DNA from: Lepidodermella squamata
Lineage: Eukaryota > Animalia > Gastrotricha
Reading direction: 5' to 3'
DNA length: 64,000 nucleotides
NCBI GenBank assembly: GCA_047495785.1
Contig: JBLDXI010000043.1
Span: 124,001-188,000, forward strand
Shown: in pieces, positions 60,977 to 64,000 of the stretch
Layout of the letters: the number at the start of each line of letters is the position of its first letter
Numbering within the stretch: the first letter of the stretch is position 1
Notes under the pieces: model-generated
What the model saw: only the letters and a program-made list of their open reading frames with translations
What the model was told of the DNA's origin: nothing
Database searches by the model: none
Made by a program: the position numbers and the translations under genes

Positions 60977-61180
60977 GAGTTGCTTCTTCTGATTCGATCT
61001 TCTGATTGCTGATATCGTCGAAATAATCCTGCTCCTCGTCATCGTCATCGTCATCATCTGAACATAACATCAAACGAAATGAGGTGGAACGAGGAAAATT
61101 ACTATCAATTTACCGGCGTTTATCAAGGCGAGATGAGCGGTGAGAAGAATGCCTAGAATCAGAAAAAACCGAGAAGGCAT
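60977..61180 (-). pseudogene. 5' half of the interrupted ER-luminal protein gene
   Basis: Exon 1 61180-61114 encodes MPSRFFLILGILLTAHLALINA (signal peptide-like); 56-bp GT-AG intron 61113-61058; exon 2 encodes an Asp run then EEQDYFDDISNQKIESEEAT, cut at 60977. Confidence 0.85.
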
Positions 61181-62302
61181 TTTTATTTTAAAAAGTGTAA
61201 GCTGTAGCTAGAATTTTGTGCTAACCGCATAAATGATGAAGTTGTATAGTGTTGTAGGTGCGTAAAAACAAAATGGTCAAATTACGCGTAATTTAAAACT
61301 TCATGCGATGCTTGTCATTAGCTGATCATCGATCGATGAGCCACTGTGCGAAGTTTTGTTTACTTCTTGCGAGTCGCCAACTTGTCTCATATAGCAGCGC
61401 CTTTCCTCGCGATAAAGTTCTAAACTGTGACCTAGTCTGGGTGATAAACATCTCCCGAAAAGTTAAACGAAAATGTTCCTCCCCAAAAATCAGCTATAAA
61501 AATGTAATCGATAAAATATTGACAGAAATCAAGGCATTCGAGACAAATGGTAATTTCATGTCAACCCGCTAGGCACGAAACACGAGAATGCATTTGCCCG
61601 AACCGTCGATTTTAGGAAAATTGCTTTACAGACGTTTGGTTCCTAGAAACTTCGATAGTTCACGCAGATTTTAACAAGTCGAAAGATTTCATTGAATTTT
61701 CGAATTATCTCCTTTCTGAAGCTTAAACTTCTCTTCATCATCGTGCCCTGTACAATATAGGTCGTTGATTCTCAAAGTAATGCACTGCCTTTCGACTTTT
61801 TATAACACCAGGGTCGCAAATTCTTTCTGAAGAGTTTGTTTAGGGTCACACACAGACCTTCACAGCTTGACTGACCTTTACTTTCCACGATTGAAATTGG
61901 AATGAATCTCGACTCATCGAAATGGAAATGCCGAATTTCAAGGCAGGGTCCTAATAGAGGGCAGGGTTAGATCAGTTCTTATAATTTAAGACATGTCTTG
62001 CATCAATCTTGTCCGAGCGACTAACTCTTACGAAAACATAGACAACGGAGTGATCTATGTACGAAAATGTCATTCGTAGAAAGTATAAGACAATGCCGAA
62101 TAATCCGGTACTTGCGGTAATTGTTCATTTTTAATGCAAGTTATAGCTGAAATCGAAATATTGATCGAAATCGATTTCAGGTGCTAAAACCAGGAAGCAG
62201 ACACATATTCGCATGAATATCTTATGTGAGACAAAGTTCGACAACAAAACTATTCAGCTGATCAGTATAAAGTTTAAAAGATTTTACCTAGCGATTCCGG
62301 CA

Positions 62303-62579
62303 ATGGCATTCAGTACAAGCCCTGCGGAAAAACTAAACGATTACGATCATTCACTGCGAACAGCTGAAACTCCAAGCGTTCCTGAGAAGAATCCATTGCT
62401 GGAAGCAGAGCGTGGCAAGCCATTCACAGCTGAGCAGATAGCATACATGCGCGATAAATATTCAAGTTATCACGCAAATCGCAATGGCGTTATGCCTCCG
62501 GGTTATATGGATAAATTCGCGCAGTCAATCGGACTCAATCTAACCGAAGACGATTTGTCGAAAATGAAGCTACATTTCG
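62303..62579 (+). CDS. First coding exon of a calmodulin-like protein with a degenerate EF-hand
   Basis: FTAEQIAYMRDKYSSYHANRNGVM...FAQSIGLNLTEDDLSKM parallels calmodulin [24 protein letters not shown]...VMRSLGQNPTEAELQDM; splice donor gtagga at 62580. Confidence 0.6.
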
Positions 62580-64000
62580 GTAGGAGCGTTTGCCTATTTT
62601 GCATCGAGGGTTACCTATTTTGCATGCCTATTGTAACCAGGGCCACATTTCAGCGAATGAATAAAAATAAGACTTATAAGCAGCAGAGCATGAAGCGAAG
62701 TAGGACCACGGAACTGGTAGGGTTAACAAAAATCGTCCTAAGGGTCCCCAGGAAGGTGAGCTCACTGTACGGACCGATGGAACTGGTAGGGTACTTCGCG
62801 GTGCTTCGCTCTCTGCTGCAAAGGGCTAAGTGATAGAACAAGAAAAGCGAATTATTCCCATTTTGTTGCGTTTAGTCGATATTTCTTCCAAATATCGAAC
62901 CACCTTTCTCATGAACAGCAATTTCTAACATTTTGCGGACAATTTTGAGGAAGCGCAGCTCCTCACTCCTTCACGAGGCGAGAATAAAGCCTAATTCTTT
63001 ATCAAGTTTATGTTTGATTTACGAATAATGATGCTATTGATGATTCTATATCAGGTAAGGAGCCAAACTGCCACTTCGAGCAATTTCAAATCTCGCTTTC
63101 CGCAGTTTGGAGCGGCGACAAGGTGATCGGCTCAACTTCGAAGAAGCTAACTAAGTAAATATAATAACTACGAAAAATTGGCTTTTAAATTATTTTAACA
63201 CAGGCATTAGTTGTGGGTGATGGTGTGAGCTTGCATGTCAGGTGTGAGATGGAAGCTCAAATTACGCGCAATTTGTTATCGCAAGCCGCCCATCATGGCA
63301 ATGGAATCTTTGTTCAGACCCATTGCCAGATATTTACACATATTTTGATTTGATTTTCGTTTTCGTTTTCGATTTGGGAATCGTATATAATGAATATTGA
63401 ACATTGATGAATAAGCAAAATGAAATTTACGATGGAATGGTTGTTGATCAGCGGCGTAACTAGGTCTACCAAACTGGTGGGGCCAGCCTTGGGGCCAGCA
63501 CATCTTTTCTACGTAATTGCGGCCCCGAATTTTTCAGACCAAAGGGTCCCCCCTGTGGTACCCTGAGGGTATTTTTCCAGCTGGTGGGGCCGGTGCTCGG
63601 GAATTAATAGTGAAATATTATGTTGCGACACAATAGAGAGCGACGCTATAGCGAATATCCACGCGCGGAATGAAACACTTGCGGGTAAGATTCTTTTAAA
63701 CGGCAATTTACTCGCCTATTTTATTACAAGGCGAAAATGTTTCCGTGTCAAGCTGACGGCTGTGAATTTCAAAGCTGTTTTAATATTATTACTATCAAAT
63801 AATACAACCCCTCGACCTCGAACTGCTCTGCGACCAGTTTAAGAAGCCGTGAGTTCAATTAAAAAGGAAATTAAATTTAATAGCTGGAGGAACAACAGAA
63901 GATAATTGCAGAAGTACTAGTTACTGGGAAACAGATTGAATTTAGGCCATGAGGGAACAAGAAAAAACATCTTAGAAAACAGTAACTTTGGTTTTGTTAA

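Noticed and set aside
62580-62833. 3' part of the 206-aa ORF
   Set aside because: Calmodulin similarity ends at a GT donor (62580); the remainder contains short repeats and looks intronic.

Overview
Intron-rich eukaryotic (probably invertebrate) genomic DNA in two parts. Bases 1-28.3 kb hold the end of a synaptotagmin-14/16-like C2 gene, an intronless dynamin-superfamily GTPase, many MITEs, and four paralogous NEK-like kinase + ankyrin genes (one a pseudokinase-kinase-ankyrin fusion, one a pseudogene). Bases 29393-60976 are one 31.6-kb insertion without a target-site duplication. It splits an ER-protein gene whose halves (signal peptide at 61180, KDEL at 28578) rejoin in frame when it is removed. 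The insertion is a head-to-tail pair of related elements: a 5.9-kb non-autonomous copy (29393-35263) and a 25.7-kb copy (35264-60976). The larger copy encodes a ~23-exon Zn-finger/HUH-Rep/PIF1-helicase/GIY-YIG protein, so it is a Helitron-like rolling-circle transposon with non-canonical termini (5'-TGGGGGCG...CTCCTGGA-3'). The pair also carries a ~180-bp satellite, a five-copy family of unknown Cys-motif genes, a tRNA-like sequence and a LINE RT fragment. The first exon of a calmodulin-like gene closes the window. Exon boundaries were traced by eye and no database searches were run.
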